A program made the translations under genes and the position numbers. The notes beneath the pieces were generated by a model. The model was not told where the DNA came from and ran no database searches. It saw only the letters and a program-made list of their open reading frames with translations. DNA of 63,215 nucleotides, counting the filler, from Chiloscyllium plagiosum (Eukaryota), in assembly GCF_004010195.1 (NCBI RefSeq). It is 5 parts of one record of this genome, joined end to end, with 100 filler letters (N's around TTAATTAATTAA, not from the genome) between each part and the next. Parts side by side here need not be neighbours in the genome. Positions count along the whole stretch, not along the records: positions 61,624 to 63,215 come from NC_057716.1; 4 more parts are not named here. The stretch is one strand, 5' to 3'. Shown here in pieces: positions 61,931-63,215 of the stretch. Every line of letters starts with the position of its first letter. Position 1 is the stretch's first letter.

Positions 61931-62789
61931 CTCTTGAACAAATGACATATGTAGGTTTCATGTTTCAAGAGGTGGGTGTTGAATATTTTCCCACAAAAAT
62001 ATTACAAAATATTTGTATGTTAGCTTTTGATAGTAATGTGGATTTGCTCAAGTAAATGATGGAGACCACAGATAGTTTCCAAGTATGTATCCAAGTCCAT
62101 CACTGACAGTGTTATCTAAATCAGGAACTACCTATTTTATACCATGATGAATGGAATGTCCCTTCATCTGGAAATTTCTCATTAATCTAGTTTGAACTGA
62201 AGAGGTTGCAGCAACAGATTTGATTATTTCTTCCACAAACTAACTCCCTTACAGATGCAAGTATCTGAAAACATGTCCTTCCCACCTATTTGGCAGGAAA
62301 GTTGCAATCACAACCAAATTTGTAACATAAATCAGCAAAGTACTTAGATATGAAGCAAAAGGGAGTAATCTTTCAAGCAATGGAAGTTTAATCTTGGATT
62401 TAGGACAGCATGTAAAGTTGTTTTACTCTTTATTTTAGGTAAGATAGCCTTCTGAAATGTGACTTTCTTTTTATTTTCATATCATGATGCAACAAGAGGC
62501 TTGACATGTTCCACTCAGTGAACATGATTTTAACAGTTGCTCTGCAAGTTTACTCTTTGTAAAAATACCCTCCTTATTAATTTGTATTGGACTTTGCCTT
62601 ACCTTGTAGTGTCAAGTCCAGATCACAAATAAATGGTTATTATTTGATTCCACAGATTGGTTATTGTACAAGTATTATCTGGAAGTATAATCAATTTACC
62701 CAAATTAAGATACTCAAACTGTCAAAGGGAGCAATAGTTATCATTAAATAGTTATCATTAAATATCATTAAATAGTTCTCATTGAAGAA

Positions 62790-63215
62790 GTGAGGTGAGG
62801 CCATACTGGATTTGGTTCTGGGTAATGAACCAGGCCAGGTGTTAGAATTAGAGGTAGGTGAGCACTTTGGGGACAGTGACCACAATTCGGTGACCTTTAC
62901 TCTAGTGATGGAGAGGGATAAGAGTGCACTACAGGGCAAGAGTTATAGATGGGGGCAGGGAAATTATGATGCTGTGAGGCATGACTTAGGATGTGTGGCC
63001 TGGAAAAGTAAGCTGCAAGGCAAGGGCGTAATTGATATGTGGAGCTTGTTCAAGGAGCAACTATTGAGTGTCCTTGATAAGTATGTACCCGTCAGACAGG
63101 GAGGAAAGGGTCGTGTGAGGGAGCAGTGGTTTAATAAGGAATTGGAATCCCTTGTTAAAGGGAAGAGGGCGGCCTATGTAAAGATGAGGCATGAAGGTTC
63201 AATTGGGGCGATTGA
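62790..63215 (+). mobile_element. Young CR1 endonuclease fragment (runs off window)
   Basis: Closely similar to 55393-55817 (GEAILDLVLGNEPGQV...HFGDSDHN). Confidence 0.9.

Overview
Vertebrate genomic DNA, almost certainly from a shark or ray (elasmobranch). This rests on multiple HE1-type V-SINEs, SacSINE1/Deu-type SINEs, abundant CR1 LINEs and Penelope-like elements. Most of the window is decayed retroelements, and the recognisable ORF-track entries are almost all transposon fragments. The host-gene content I can support is two + strand, tandem SPP2 (secreted phosphoprotein 24)/cathelicidin-type cystatin-domain genes. Gene A is represented by a late exon at 2050-2343: it carries a mucin-like poly-Thr insertion, and a 1-nt frameshift hides the SPP2-type SSESSESSEE phospho-motif and a splice donor. 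Gene B is represented by a TATA promoter, exon 1 (signal peptide, 19717-19768, GC donor) and exon 2 (19891-20021); I could not find its later exons. Other notable items are many miniature, mostly palindromic Penelope-derived elements with hammerhead-ribozyme cores and 11-17 bp target-site duplications (TSDs), a full-length 5S rRNA copy fused to an HE1 SINE inside one TSD (with an empty-site paralog 2 kb away), a Tx1-type LINE with a TSD, and four artificial N-TTAATTAATTAA-N scaffold joins. Repeat boundaries were judged by eye and are approximate, and family names come from recalled motifs, not database searches.
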